A stretch of DNA of 45,020 nucleotides from a virus (IMGVR_UViG_3300033508_000421:1-45020); one strand, 5' to 3'. Numbered from the stretch's first letter, positions 1 to 10,327 are shown. Program-made: numbers and translations. Notes: a model not told the origin generated them from the letters alone.

Positions 1-21
1 AGAATATAGATCCAGAAGTAT
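1..21. repeat. Terminal direct repeat, copy 1 (identical to 45000-45020); circular-contig overlap
   Basis: AGAATATAGATCCAGAAGTAT is both the first and the last 21 nt, and an ORF continues in frame across the join. Confidence 0.95.
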
Positions 22-95
22 TAAAAGAAAGAAAAGAAAAATATAATAAAAAAAGAAGAGATCAAAGAAAGTTATTAAAAGCTTTGGTAAGTTAA
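1..95 (+). CDS. C-terminal end of the GIY-YIG protein starting at 44291 (wraps the junction)
   Basis: Codons from position 3 read NIDPEVLKERKEKYNKKRRDQRKLLKALVS then TAA at 93-95, in frame with 44291. Confidence 0.85.
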   Translation, partial: NIDPEVLKERKEKYNKKRRDQRKLLKALVS

Positions 96-114
96 AAAAT
101 TATACTTACCTTTG
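83..114 (+). promoter_or_regulatory. Bacteroidota sigma-A type promoter for the recombinase gene
   Basis: TTTG (83-86), 20 nt spacer, TACCTTTG (107-114). Matches the -33 TTTG / -7 TAnnTTTG consensus. Confidence 0.75.
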
Positions 115-137
115 TATCAACAAAAAAAGATAAAGAT

Positions 138-749
138 ATGGAAATCATAAACACAATTGAAAAAACAAGTAGTAGAATAAGTAAAGAAAAAGTAACTAAA
201 CTTATTACTGGACTTATTAAAGATAAATCTTATAGGAATGCTTTATATGTAATTATGTCATTCTCAACAGGTATGAGAGTAAGTGATTTACTTGATTGGA
301 AATGGGAATACATTGTTAATGGTGAAGATTTCAAGAATGAATTCAATGTAAGGGAATCTAAAACTGGTAAAGGTAGAAGAATTATCTTTTCTAAAAGTGT
401 ATTAGAAGTAATGGAACTTCTTTGGAGAAGTATTGATTGTCCAAAAGAAGGCTATATCTTTGTTAATAAGAACAATGAGAGATTAACTGTAAGAGGGGTG
501 AATTACATATTAAAAGATATTAATGTATCTTATTTAGGTAAAGGTAGAATTGACCACTTCTCTTCACATTCTTTAAGAAAAGGTTTTGCTTATAACTATT
601 GGTTGTCTAATAATAAAAGTGATGCTGCTCTTGTAATGCTACAACAAATATTGAATCATAGTTCTATTTCAATGACCCTTATTTATTTAGGTTTCACTGA
701 AAAAGAAAAAGATAAGGCTTACAACACCAAATTTGATTTGGTGTTTTAG
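138..749 (+). CDS. Short tyrosine recombinase/integrase (catalytic domain only, 203 aa)
   Basis: All catalytic residues in order: TGMRVSDLL (R), ESKTGK (K), HSLRK (HxxR), LNHSS (H), TLIYLG (Y). Confidence 0.92.
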   Translation: MEIINTIEKTSSRISKEKVTKLITGLIKDKSYRNALYVIMSFSTGMRVSDLLDWKWEYIVNGEDFKNEFNVRESKTGKGRRIIFSKSVLEVMELLWRSIDCPKEGYIFVNKNNERLTVRGVNYILKDINVSYLGKGRIDHFSSHSLRKGFAYNYWLSNNKSDAALVMLQQILNHSSISMTLIYLGFTEKEKDKAYNTKFDLVF

Positions 750-1834
750 GTTATTTGAATATTACTAACATAAACATAATGACCAGTTCCACTATTAAAT
801 CTAATAAATAACTTCATTGTAGATTTTACTAATACTTGTGGTATTGTATAAGTAATATTTGTCCAAGTGGAAGAAGATGTTGTTCCTGTAACCCAAGTAG
901 TATTTACATACTGTCCAAAATTAAGAAAGTTAAATGATATATTTTGATTATTTGAACTCTTAACCCAATATGATAAATTATATGTTGTATTAGCATTAAC
1001 TTCAAATTCTATTGTTCCAATTGTTGCTTCATAACCAGAAGTATATTGTCTTAATCTTAATGAAGATGCACCAGAATATGTTACACCTGTTTTTTCTACT
1101 GAACCAGTATTATATAAAATAATATTATTATTTTTTAATTTAGCAATAGTTGAATAATCATCTACATTAAGTAATGAACCATATATTATATTTGTTGGGT
1201 ATGTTAGTGTATCAGTGGTATTATCACAATATATCATTTGATAAGTATTACTTTGTATTAAAATAGGTGTTCTTATACAAATTAAATTTACTTCTAAAAC
1301 ACTTGGTGTATTACTACATACATTATCAATTAATATATTATTTCTACCACCAAACCATACTTGTGTTCCATATTGATTAGTTATTGTATTTCCTGAAAAT
1401 ATTGTAGATTGTGCTCCACCAAATACTTGATAATCAATCAATTTAACATAATTAAAATTAATTATAGAACCTGGTCCATTATTACCACCACCTAAAAATT
1501 GTGCTGGGTGATTATGAACTCTATTATATAAATATTTTGATGCACCATAAAGCCAAAATGATTGATTACCATTTATTACTGTGGTATAAATTACACCAGT
1601 ACCCCATCTTGTATGTGCTCTACCAGCAACAGTTCCACACCAAGTACAACCAGATACAAGTGAATACTGTCCAAGTCCATTGAATAATTGTGTATTAACA
1701 AAAGAACAATTACTATAAGATGAATATTCATGTTCAGATGAAATCTGACCACCACCTCTAATAATGAATATAAAGGAAAAGAAAGATATTATCTTGATAT
1801 TGATTGGCAAGATACATTCAATAATGAAATACAA
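746..1834 (-). CDS. Beta-helix-like/carbohydrate-binding virion-type protein, probably 5'-truncated (credible sequence starts near 1759)
   Basis: N/G/T/S-rich beta-strand repeats and a CBM-like C-terminus (NANTTYNLSYWVKS...WTNITYT...YVYVSNIQI). The first 25 codons are the antisense of the GT47 frame. Confidence 0.55.
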   Translation of the reverse strand: MYFIIECILPINIKIISFFSFIFIIRGGGQISSEHEYSSYSNCSFVNTQLFNGLGQYSLVSGCTWCGTVAGRAHTRWGTGVIYTTVINGNQSFWLYGASKYLYNRVHNHPAQFLGGGNNGPGSIINFNYVKLIDYQVFGGAQSTIFSGNTITNQYGTQVWFGGRNNILIDNVCSNTPSVLEVNLICIRTPILIQSNTYQMIYCDNTTDTLTYPTNIIYGSLLNVDDYSTIAKLKNNNIILYNTGSVEKTGVTYSGASSLRLRQYTSGYEATIGTIEFEVNANTTYNLSYWVKSSNNQNISFNFLNFGQYVNTTWVTGTTSSSTWTNITYTIPQVLVKSTMKLFIRFNSGTGHYVYVSNIQIT

Positions 1835-1840
1835 TATTTT

Positions 1841-2443
1841 TTGAATAGATTAGACAGAAAGAAAAAGTATATTACTATTAGTATTAATGATTATTCAATA
1901 ATGGAAGATTTGAAAGATTTAGATATTATAATATTTTCAGCTTCCAAAGGAAAAGATAAAAGTGTTCCTATTCCATTATTAGTTGAACCAACTATATATA
2001 CTGAAAGGGATAAATATTATTTATTTTCATTTGTTGGAAGTATTTTAGGAAGAAGTAAAATTAGGGAAAAATTATTAAAACTTTATAATAAAAATCATAT
2101 AATAACAGAATGTGTATCATATGAAGTGTTTATAGAAGTTATGGAAAGTAGTATTTTTAGTTTATGTCCAAGGGGAAAAGGTCAAAATTCATATAGAATT
2201 TGTGAAGCTTTACAACATAATAGTATTCCAGTTTATATATCAGATGAATTTTGGCTTATGGAAGATTTTGATTTTAATGATATTGGAATACTTATTAAAG
2301 AAGATGAAATTTCTGATTTGGAACATATTTTGAATAGTAAAAGTATTGAAGAAATTAATAGATTAATTCAAAATGGACAACATATTCTAAATAAATACTA
2401 TAATTATGAAGGATTAAAAAATTATATAATAGATAAATTATGA
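1841..2443 (+). CDS. Exostosin-family (GT47-like) glycosyltransferase, probably 5'-truncated (frame open from 1742 with no ATG)
   Basis: FSFVG, SIFSLCPRGKGQNSYRICEALQHNSIPVYISD motifs; aligns with the paralogue at 41839-42735. Confidence 0.8.
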   Translation: MNRLDRKKKYITISINDYSIMEDLKDLDIIIFSASKGKDKSVPIPLLVEPTIYTERDKYYLFSFVGSILGRSKIREKLLKLYNKNHIITECVSYEVFIEVMESSIFSLCPRGKGQNSYRICEALQHNSIPVYISDEFWLMEDFDFNDIGILIKEDEISDLEHILNSKSIEEINRLIQNGQHILNKYYNYEGLKNYIIDKL

Positions 2444-2643
2444 AAGAATTAAATTATCCTGAATTAAAGAATGAATATATGTTAATCTTGAAAGATGAAT
2501 TAAAAATATATGAACTAATTAATAATTATATTTATATGGATATATTTTTAAGTGAAGAACATATTAAACAAGATATATCAATTCTAAATAGATATAAAAA
2601 GATTAATAAATTAATAGAAAATACCAGATCCAGAATTATATAA
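2440..2643 (+). CDS. Hypothetical protein with C-terminal RYKKINKL motif; N-terminus resembles 32039-32290
   Basis: Overlaps the GT47 stop (coupled); MKELNYPEL versus MKLNYPNL. Confidence 0.6.
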   Translation: MKELNYPELKNEYMLILKDELKIYELINNYIYMDIFLSEEHIKQDISILNRYKKINKLIENTRSRII

Positions 2644-3339
2644 TGTTGATACCTGTGTAGAAGATAATTCAGTTCCAATCCAAACACCATATTCATCAAA
2701 ATTGCCCATACCTGAAATTAAACTACCATTATAGAAATATGAACCAATGTGTAAGTCAGTGGTACAAGTTATATCATATGTTGTACCGTTATTTGCATGT
2801 GTTGTAAAGGCTTTTGATACACCATCAACATATATTTTAATACCACTTGCATTTCTATTTCCACTATAAGTTATACAAATATGATACCACTGAACTGCTG
2901 CACAAACATTATCATTTGTTCCTACATATATCCAGTTAGTATAAGGATTATTAAACAATGCATAATATAATTTCCCACCAAAAATACCTGCTTCATATCC
3001 TTTTCTTGGTGTTGTAGTTTCCCTTGAAAATAAACCCCTATTTTTAATTGATGTATCATCTGGTTTATACCAAAAAGCCCAACTAACAGGTGTTGTAATT
3101 GAATGATTAAATATATTATCAGATGTAATTAGTTTATCAGATGTTGATATATTAACTGCATTATCTTGTTTCCCACTTTCAAAACTACCACCTGTATTTG
3201 TTAAACTTATACTTGATTTGGAATCAACAGGATTTCCACTACTTTCATCAAACTTCCATACCGCAGTAACATTATCCCACACTGCATTCCTTGATACTGT
3301 TCCTTTCCATCCACTTAATATACTATGAAAATTATTCAT
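2611..3339 (-). CDS. LamG/concanavalin A-like domain virion protein
   Basis: AVWKFDESSG, SWAFWYKP, QWYHICITY...IKIYVDGV, GNFDEYGVW...LSSTQVSTLYNSGSG are typical of LamG_3. Confidence 0.85.
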   Translation of the reverse strand: MNNFHSILSGWKGTVSRNAVWDNVTAVWKFDESSGNPVDSKSSISLTNTGGSFESGKQDNAVNISTSDKLITSDNIFNHSITTPVSWAFWYKPDDTSIKNRGLFSRETTTPRKGYEAGIFGGKLYYALFNNPYTNWIYVGTNDNVCAAVQWYHICITYSGNRNASGIKIYVDGVSKAFTTHANNGTTYDITCTTDLHIGSYFYNGSLISGMGNFDEYGVWIGTELSSTQVSTLYNSGSGIFY

Positions 3340-3355
3340 TAATTAAAATTATTTT

Positions 3356-6300
3356 TTATGTATTTGCTATGACTACCCAGTATTTTGGATCATTTGTTCC
3401 TTTACAAAGTACTGATACTGCGTTAGTTTTAGTGTTATCATATGCACCAAAAGTTTTACAAGAAGTTGCATTAAAAACACATTTTGTTGTATTTCCTACA
3501 CCAGAATTAGTTATTATCATAGTTAAAGTTTTACCTATTGTTCCACCACTAAAATCAAAAGTTATTCCAGAAGTTGTATTTCCAGATATATCTACAAAAT
3601 ACATATCTGTTGTATTAAAAACAATAGTAGTTGTACCTGTTGTAGTTATAGTATTTCCAGTTGAAAGATTATAAGTAACTGCACTATAAGGCATTGTAGT
3701 AACACCTGATAAATTTCCTATTGTTGAACTTAAAGATAAATCCCCCAATATTCTATTTGAAATTTCATTTGAAATAGCAGTTGATAAACTTGAATCATCA
3801 TATGTTGAACCAGAATTATTCAAAATTGAAGTTGATAAAGAATTGTCAGCTGCTATTCTGTCTGATATTTCATTTAAAATTGAAGTAGATAAACTTATAT
3901 CTCCACTAATTCTATTTGAAATTTCATTAACAATTGAAGTTGAAAGAGAAGAATCATCATATACAGGAATATTAGAAATTAAAGTAGCTAAACTTATATC
4001 TCCTGATATTCTGTCTGATATCTCATTTAAAATTGAAGTAGATAAACTTGAATCAACTATTAATAAGGAACTTAATGTTACTGTTAAACCAGTTACATTT
4101 AAATAATCACTATTTGTTAAATGATAAAATTCATCAGTAGTTCCCCCTTGTAGTCCTACTAATGTATTATGGTCAGCACTACCAGCACTACCAGCACTTG
4201 TAATAGTTGAAACATTTACTTTTTTAGGTGTTGCTGCTAATTTTACTTTTCCTAAATTATCTATGTTTGTATCATATCGCCAAGAAAATTGATAAGCAAT
4301 AACTGATTCTTCAATAGGAAAACCAGTAAAATCAAAAGTTTTAATATCTTCTGCTTGTGCTAATGCTAAACTTGTAAAAGATGATCTACCAGGAAGTAAG
4401 GCATATCTTGAATCCCCTTGAAAATTAGTATAAATTAAATACCAATTGTACCATCTATTATTAGTATTTGGGGCTTCTGTCATTGTTCCATTTACATCAT
4501 ACATTATTCTTGAATTAGCCCCATAAGTATAAGGAACTACTGATTTAGACCAAATATAAGTAGTTGAACCAGTTCTTGTATAACAAGTATAACCTGTTGT
4601 AGTTGAACCATCTGGTCTGGTTAATGCAGCCAATGATAAGAATATATCTTCATCTGCAATTGTAGTTGCTGATATTCCAAAACAACTTGTTGCATTTGTA
4701 TTAGATGCATTAGCTAAATTTACATCTGGTCCTGTTAATTGACCGCCATTTACATATTGTGTTCCCCTTGTTGAATGCAGATATAGGTGTTCCCTTCTAT
4801 CAATTTTACTTGTATGTAATTCATAAGCCAATTGATATTTTGGAGTTAATGTATTATTGTATTTTATTATTGCTGTTGGAAGTGTTGCATCTTGTAATGT
4901 CCAAGGTGTAGTTCCACTTTCAAGTGTTCCAGTAGTATTATTGATAAATATAAAATATGTTCCATTTACATTTGGAATTGAAATAGTTTTATTTCCTGTA
5001 ATTGTATATTTAATACCTGTTCTGAAATAACTCCAAGTTGAAGTTAATGCACTTAAAGTTAATATCATTGTTGAATCATCAAATGATAAAGCTAAATTAC
5101 TATTTTCAACAAAACCACATCTATCAATGTCAATCCAAGGTTGTTGTGCAGAAGTAGATAATGAAGGAACAATAGTTGTATTTGTTATAAACATATTTTC
5201 AGTTGCATCCCAAATGGCTAATCCATTATTTAAAGGAACATCTTCCCTTGTTGCTACTGCTTGTGTTGTACCACTTTCACCAACTCTAAATGTTTGTGAA
5301 TCTTCTTTGAATTCAAAAAAGTAGTCAGGATCTAAACCTCTATCTACTTGAATACCAGCTTGTCCAAGTGAAATACCATGTCCTAATTCACCTGCATTTA
5401 CTACTATGAAATTATCTTCAACTTCCATAGTTTGTGCAGAAAGTGAAATGGTTGATCCACTTACTATTAAATTACCATGTATTACTATATCTGAATTAAT
5501 TGTTTGAGAAGTACCACTTAAAGATACTTTACCATAAATTGATGTTGATAAACTTATATCACCTACTATTCTATCACTTATTTCATTTTGTATAGAAGTA
5601 GATAAACTACTATCATCAAAAACTGGAATAGAAGAAATTAATGTTGATAAACTTGTATCACCACTAATTCTATCTGATATTTCATTAACTAATGCTATTG
5701 ATAAACTTGTTGGATTAACATTTAATATTGCAGTTGAAAGTGATGTGTCACCACTAATTCTATTTACTATCTCATTTGATAATGCAGTTGAAAGTGATGT
5801 GTCATCATATGTTGAACCAGTTGGTATATTTAAAATTGCTAAACTCAATGATGTATCACCACTAATTCTATCTGATATTTCATTTTGTATAGAAGTAGAT
5901 AAACTACTATCATCAAAAACTGGAATAGAAGAAATTAATGTTGATAAACTCACATCACCTTGTATTCTATATGATGTCTCATTTTGTATAGAAGTAGATA
6001 AACTCATAATACCACTAACACCAGGTAAATTATTTATTACAACCATTAAAGAATCATCACCACTTATTCTACTTGAAATTTCAGTTGTTAAGTTTTCATT
6101 CAAAGCAACTTCTTTTGTATCTCCACTAAAACCAACTCTGAAAGTATCAGTAATTTCATCAAATTCTATAAGAAAATCAGTAGCTTGTCCTCTATCAATA
6201 ATTAAACCAGAAGTTTTATTAGTAACACCTGATCCAATTTCACCAAAATTCAAAGTTAAATGTGTTTCTTCAACTAATACATCTTCACTTATAACTGAAT

Positions 6301-6538
6301 AAGAAGTTCCACTAACATATAAATCACCTATAACTGTAAGGTTTTCATTTACAACTAAATTATTAATAGTTGTATCAATAAGTTCTACTTTTGAAACTAT
6401 ATTTAATGCATCTTTTGTTTCATCAAAAACAGCATTAAGAATAGCAGCATCAGTATCATACTTTCCAGTTAATGTTCCACCACTATTAAAAACTCTATTG
6501 AAAATTTCAGTTGCATGATAATATTTATTATTTGTCAT
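3356..6538 (-). CDS. Long repeat-rich tail fibre/virion appendage protein (1060 aa)
   Basis: Ten copies of an EISxRIxGD-type repeat, two copies of a G(D/N)LxVSG...VE(D/E)...N.GE.G...DRG...FRVG.SG.T module, and an HNTLVGLQGG...YHLT motif; lies at the end of the tail operon. Confidence 0.7.
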   Translation of the reverse strand: MTNNKYYHATEIFNRVFNSGGTLTGKYDTDAAILNAVFDETKDALNIVSKVELIDTTINNLVVNENLTVIGDLYVSGTSYSVISEDVLVEETHLTLNFGEIGSGVTNKTSGLIIDRGQATDFLIEFDEITDTFRVGFSGDTKEVALNENLTTEISSRISGDDSLMVVINNLPGVSGIMSLSTSIQNETSYRIQGDVSLSTLISSIPVFDDSSLSTSIQNEISDRISGDTSLSLAILNIPTGSTYDDTSLSTALSNEIVNRISGDTSLSTAILNVNPTSLSIALVNEISDRISGDTSLSTLISSIPVFDDSSLSTSIQNEISDRIVGDISLSTSIYGKVSLSGTSQTINSDIVIHGNLIVSGSTISLSAQTMEVEDNFIVVNAGELGHGISLGQAGIQVDRGLDPDYFFEFKEDSQTFRVGESGTTQAVATREDVPLNNGLAIWDATENMFITNTTIVPSLSTSAQQPWIDIDRCGFVENSNLALSFDDSTMILTLSALTSTWSYFRTGIKYTITGNKTISIPNVNGTYFIFINNTTGTLESGTTPWTLQDATLPTAIIKYNNTLTPKYQLAYELHTSKIDRREHLYLHSTRGTQYVNGGQLTGPDVNLANASNTNATSCFGISATTIADEDIFLSLAALTRPDGSTTTGYTCYTRTGSTTYIWSKSVVPYTYGANSRIMYDVNGTMTEAPNTNNRWYNWYLIYTNFQGDSRYALLPGRSSFTSLALAQAEDIKTFDFTGFPIEESVIAYQFSWRYDTNIDNLGKVKLAATPKKVNVSTITSAGSAGSADHNTLVGLQGGTTDEFYHLTNSDYLNVTGLTVTLSSLLIVDSSLSTSILNEISDRISGDISLATLISNIPVYDDSSLSTSIVNEISNRISGDISLSTSILNEISDRIAADNSLSTSILNNSGSTYDDSSLSTAISNEISNRILGDLSLSSTIGNLSGVTTMPYSAVTYNLSTGNTITTTGTTTIVFNTTDMYFVDISGNTTSGITFDFSGGTIGKTLTMIITNSGVGNTTKCVFNATSCKTFGAYDNTKTNAVSVLCKGTNDPKYWVVIANT
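5579..5950. repeat. 75-bp perfect direct repeat inside the fibre gene (5579-5653 and 5876-5950)
   Basis: TATTTCATTTTGTATAGAAG...GTTGATAAACT is identical at a 297-bp offset. Confidence 0.9.
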
Positions 6539-6555
6539 TTATATTTAGTTTTTTT

Positions 6556-6780
6556 TTAATATAACCCCCAGATTAATTTTCTTACAAATACATCTAAATG
6601 TGTATCTATTCTTTGTCCATTATCTTTAACAAATAAATGATGTTGTATTCTCTTTATTTTGTATGGAACATTATCTATCTTTACTATTTCCCCTTTATCA
6701 TAAGCAGGAATAGTGTAAGTAATAAATTGTAAAATTGATTTATCTTTTTCATAGATAGTCACATTATTAAATTGTTTCAT
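6556..6780 (-). CDS. Hypothetical protein (74 aa)
   Basis: Fills the gap in the minus-strand operon; TATATATAA box 19 nt upstream. Confidence 0.65.
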   Translation of the reverse strand: MKQFNNVTIYEKDKSILQFITYTIPAYDKGEIVKIDNVPYKIKRIQHHLFVKDNGQRIDTHLDVFVRKLIWGLY

Positions 6781-6820
6781 ATTATTCTTTCTTTTTTTAT
6801 TATATATATTTTTTCAATGA

Positions 6821-9800
6821 TTAAAGTAAAGGATCTGGATAATAATAATAAGTACCATAATATAAAAGTGTTTTTACTGTTCTACCAGGTTGTATTATGA
6901 ATACACTATATCTCTTATTACCAAGTGTCCAACTACCAGGTAAAATATTTATATCAGTATAATCTTGAAAACTTCCACTATTTATATCTAATTCAGTTAA
7001 TGTAGATGTAAATGCTAAATTATGACCACTGAAATCTGAATAATAATCTACTGTCAATGTATATTCACTTGCCAATATTGTTCTTAAACTATTATTATTC
7101 AAATGGAAATGAACTCTTTGTACTGTTGTTCCACCTGTTACTGGAGCAACATGAGTTGCATTATTTGTATAAAGTGCTGCTATAATTTCTACATTTTCAC
7201 TGTAATATTTCCAATTTGTTCCATCTCCAATAGAAACATTTAAAGGTCTTGAAAGTGATTGTGTTGTTGCTGCATTTACATTGAATGGGAATGTTATTAC
7301 ACTTGTTCCAGGTGATACATTAATATTACTTTGGTCTAAATTATTATAAGTTGTACCACTCATTAAACAATCCCAAACAACTCTTGGAATTGTATATGTT
7401 CCAACACCTGTATTACTAAATGTAGCACTAATAGTATTTACACCACCAGGATATAAAATATTAGGACTAAATGAAGTAACTGTAACTGGGAAATTAACAT
7501 ATTCATAATGTATATGACATAAATCAAGATTACCTACTGTGGAAAATGGTTGAACAATTTGAATTTTAATCATTTTAATTCCAGTAGTCCAATCACTACC
7601 TGAAACAGTTGTTCCTGTAACACCATGACTTGCACCAGGTGCTAATGTATAACTACTACAAGCACCAAAATCATAAGCATTTATTCCATTATCAGAATAA
7701 GAAACAAATACTATTTGATAATCAGTTGCTAAAATTTCTACATTGTTTGGGTTAGTAATTGTAAAATAAAATGTTAATAAATCACCACCCCATGTTGTTG
7801 TTGGTGTTATACCAGTAGAAGCACCTGTTAAATAATTTAACACATTAATAGTTACACCAGAATAAAAATCACCATCAATAATTAATTCATATTCACCTGG
7901 TGTAAGATTATTAACTGTACCACCATCAATAACCATACTTGCAAGTGGAATAAGTTTTTCATTATAAAAAGATAAATTACCTTGAAATTCAAACCAACCA
8001 GAAATAGATGATGTATAAATACTACTTCTATTTGCTGCTGTTATTTGAATTGGTAAATCTTCACCCATCATTATATTTTGTGATTGAGCAAAGTTAGAAA
8101 AAGTAATTACCTCTTCACCAACTCCACCAATCTTTGCTTTTATTAATTCTATTTTACTTAATTCAGAAGTATTGATTTGATATGATAATATCTTATTTAT
8201 ATTCCACCAACATTTGAATTCATCAATCCATATTTTATCATTAAACTTCATACTAATAAAATCTAAATAACTTATCTTAAAATAACCTTCTAATATTTCA
8301 GTATCTTTATCATTAATATAATTTATGTATTTAGCCCAATACAAGTTGAATAAGTTCTTTTCACTTGGTGTTCTATTTTGATATAATATATAAGTAAGTC
8401 CTGATGTTTCAAAATTACAATCTACTATATTAGCAAAAGTTGAATATCTATTATAACTTTCACTGAAGTGATTTAAAGTGTAAAGATAAAACATAGTATG
8501 TCCATTGAATTTATATAATTCACTTTGTCTTTGTCTTAAACTACCAGTTTTATTCCTATATAATATTCTCATATTATATTTATTAAGTAATTTATTTTCT
8601 TGTTCAGTATGTGTATATGTTGTATTCCAGTCGTCCCTCATTTGTGGAACTACCCACATTTCACTACCTTCTATTGGCTGACATATTGTTGGACTAAAAG
8701 TTAATGATACAGTTGTATCAGTTGTAGAATATTCATTAGTCATTTCAATTTCTTTTTGTCCAAAAACTTTACTTAAATTCTTGTCCATATATGTTGTATT
8801 ATCATAATCAGAATCTTGTTGGTAAGTAAATGTGTATTTTCTTGTATCAAGGTCATTAAAATAAGATAATTTATATTGACTACCTAAATCAAATTTATCA
8901 GACCAATCTTTTTCAACACCAAGATCATAGTAAGTATCTCTTGGTTCAATAATATAATGATTTGAAAAGCTTTCCTTTTCAAAAAATAAATTATGCATAT
9001 TCACTATATTTTTAATAAAATCACTTTGATACATTTCACCAATCATTAAATGAAACTCAATAGTAGAAAAGTTCTTTATTATATCAGTTTTTACTGGAAT
9101 GAATTTTATATTATAACAAATTGTATTATCAAAAGTAATATCAGGAACATGGGTACTGCCACCAGTTATTATACCTGTTGTCATTTCTTGACTGAAATAA
9201 TTATTCCAACCAGTAAAGTAAATTATATCACCTTTACTTGCATCAAATTGAATTTCAGTTTGACCTGTTGCATTATATCTACAAGTAAATGTTTCTTCAT
9301 CTTTTAATATGAAAGTATCGGCAGTTCCATTATAAGCAATAAAAGTAAATGTATCATCAGTATCAGGGTAAGGATTAGCATCTACTGTTGTCCTTCCTGT
9401 TACTATAATTTTCCAAGTTCCTGTTGCTGGAACATCAAGATAAAATGGAATGTTTTCACTTGGACCAGAATATTCAGTAGCAGACCATTTCCAATCATTA
9501 TTTGTATTTAATGTTCTTCCAGCATCACTATGATTAACTCTTATTGACCAACCCCAATTACTAAAATACCACCCCACATCATTTTCCATTCTCATATTAA
9601 GTCCAACATCATATGCTTCTACTAAACTTTCAGCAGCACCTCTTGGGTCATTTACAAAAGGTAAATATAAATTATTGAAATTAACATCATTTTCAAGAAA
9701 TGAACTTTCAAAGGTAAAACCAACATCTTCAAATATTTTATCAAAAATATATCTTACCTTATATGCTGGTGTCCAAGTATATGCACTATCTAAAACCCAA

Positions 9801-10327
9801 CCTGTTGCACCAGTATCTTGTAATTCTTCTAAACTATAATTTTGACCCCTTTCAATATAAGGGTAGAAATAATTATATGTTGAACCAGTTGCACCAGTCC
9901 AACTATTATAAATATTATTATTAGTATAAGTATGGTCAAGTTCAGTACAATCTAATTCATTTAAATACTTTAATCTTATTGCATTGAAAATATCATTATT
10001 TAAACCAAGTAAAGATGCTTCATAATATTCAAAACCATTATTAAAATAAGCATTTAAAATTTGAATATCACAATCAACAACTGAAATACTATCAATTGTA
10101 ATAGAACATCTTGTTTTTTTATTTACATCAAAGTCATTGAAAACCAAAGGGTTATTAAGAAAACCTAAAATTTCTTGATTTCTTTTTGAAGCTGGTATTT
10201 GAATTGTTTGTGAATATAAAGTAGTTTTCTCTCCAACATTTCTAATATCTTGAATAGAGTTAGTTAGTTGAATTACTTCTTCATCAATTAAATCAAGTTC
10301 TTGATTTTTTACAAGTATTTGGATCAT
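6821..10327 (-). CDS. Tail tip/hub-like structural protein with C-terminal Ig-like domains (1168 aa)
   Basis: ELDL...IQDIRN...YSQTIQIPASKRN N-terminus, QSDFIKNIVNMHNL...IEPRDTYY...DWSDK, NLFNLYW; a pattern typical of Bacteroidota siphovirus tail proteins. Confidence 0.7.
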   Translation of the reverse strand: MIQILVKNQELDLIDEEVIQLTNSIQDIRNVGEKTTLYSQTIQIPASKRNQEILGFLNNPLVFNDFDVNKKTRCSITIDSISVVDCDIQILNAYFNNGFEYYEASLLGLNNDIFNAIRLKYLNELDCTELDHTYTNNNIYNSWTGATGSTYNYFYPYIERGQNYSLEELQDTGATGWVLDSAYTWTPAYKVRYIFDKIFEDVGFTFESSFLENDVNFNNLYLPFVNDPRGAAESLVEAYDVGLNMRMENDVGWYFSNWGWSIRVNHSDAGRTLNTNNDWKWSATEYSGPSENIPFYLDVPATGTWKIIVTGRTTVDANPYPDTDDTFTFIAYNGTADTFILKDEETFTCRYNATGQTEIQFDASKGDIIYFTGWNNYFSQEMTTGIITGGSTHVPDITFDNTICYNIKFIPVKTDIIKNFSTIEFHLMIGEMYQSDFIKNIVNMHNLFFEKESFSNHYIIEPRDTYYDLGVEKDWSDKFDLGSQYKLSYFNDLDTRKYTFTYQQDSDYDNTTYMDKNLSKVFGQKEIEMTNEYSTTDTTVSLTFSPTICQPIEGSEMWVVPQMRDDWNTTYTHTEQENKLLNKYNMRILYRNKTGSLRQRQSELYKFNGHTMFYLYTLNHFSESYNRYSTFANIVDCNFETSGLTYILYQNRTPSEKNLFNLYWAKYINYINDKDTEILEGYFKISYLDFISMKFNDKIWIDEFKCWWNINKILSYQINTSELSKIELIKAKIGGVGEEVITFSNFAQSQNIMMGEDLPIQITAANRSSIYTSSISGWFEFQGNLSFYNEKLIPLASMVIDGGTVNNLTPGEYELIIDGDFYSGVTINVLNYLTGASTGITPTTTWGGDLLTFYFTITNPNNVEILATDYQIVFVSYSDNGINAYDFGACSSYTLAPGASHGVTGTTVSGSDWTTGIKMIKIQIVQPFSTVGNLDLCHIHYEYVNFPVTVTSFSPNILYPGGVNTISATFSNTGVGTYTIPRVVWDCLMSGTTYNNLDQSNINVSPGTSVITFPFNVNAATTQSLSRPLNVSIGDGTNWKYYSENVEIIAALYTNNATHVAPVTGGTTVQRVHFHLNNNSLRTILASEYTLTVDYYSDFSGHNLAFTSTLTELDINSGSFQDYTDINILPGSWTLGNKRYSVFIIQPGRTVKTLLYYGTYYYYPDPLL

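Noticed and set aside
1-21. 21-bp terminal repeat as a biological direct terminal repeat or att core
   Set aside because: It falls inside an intact ORF and its length fits an assembler overlap, so it indicates circularity only.
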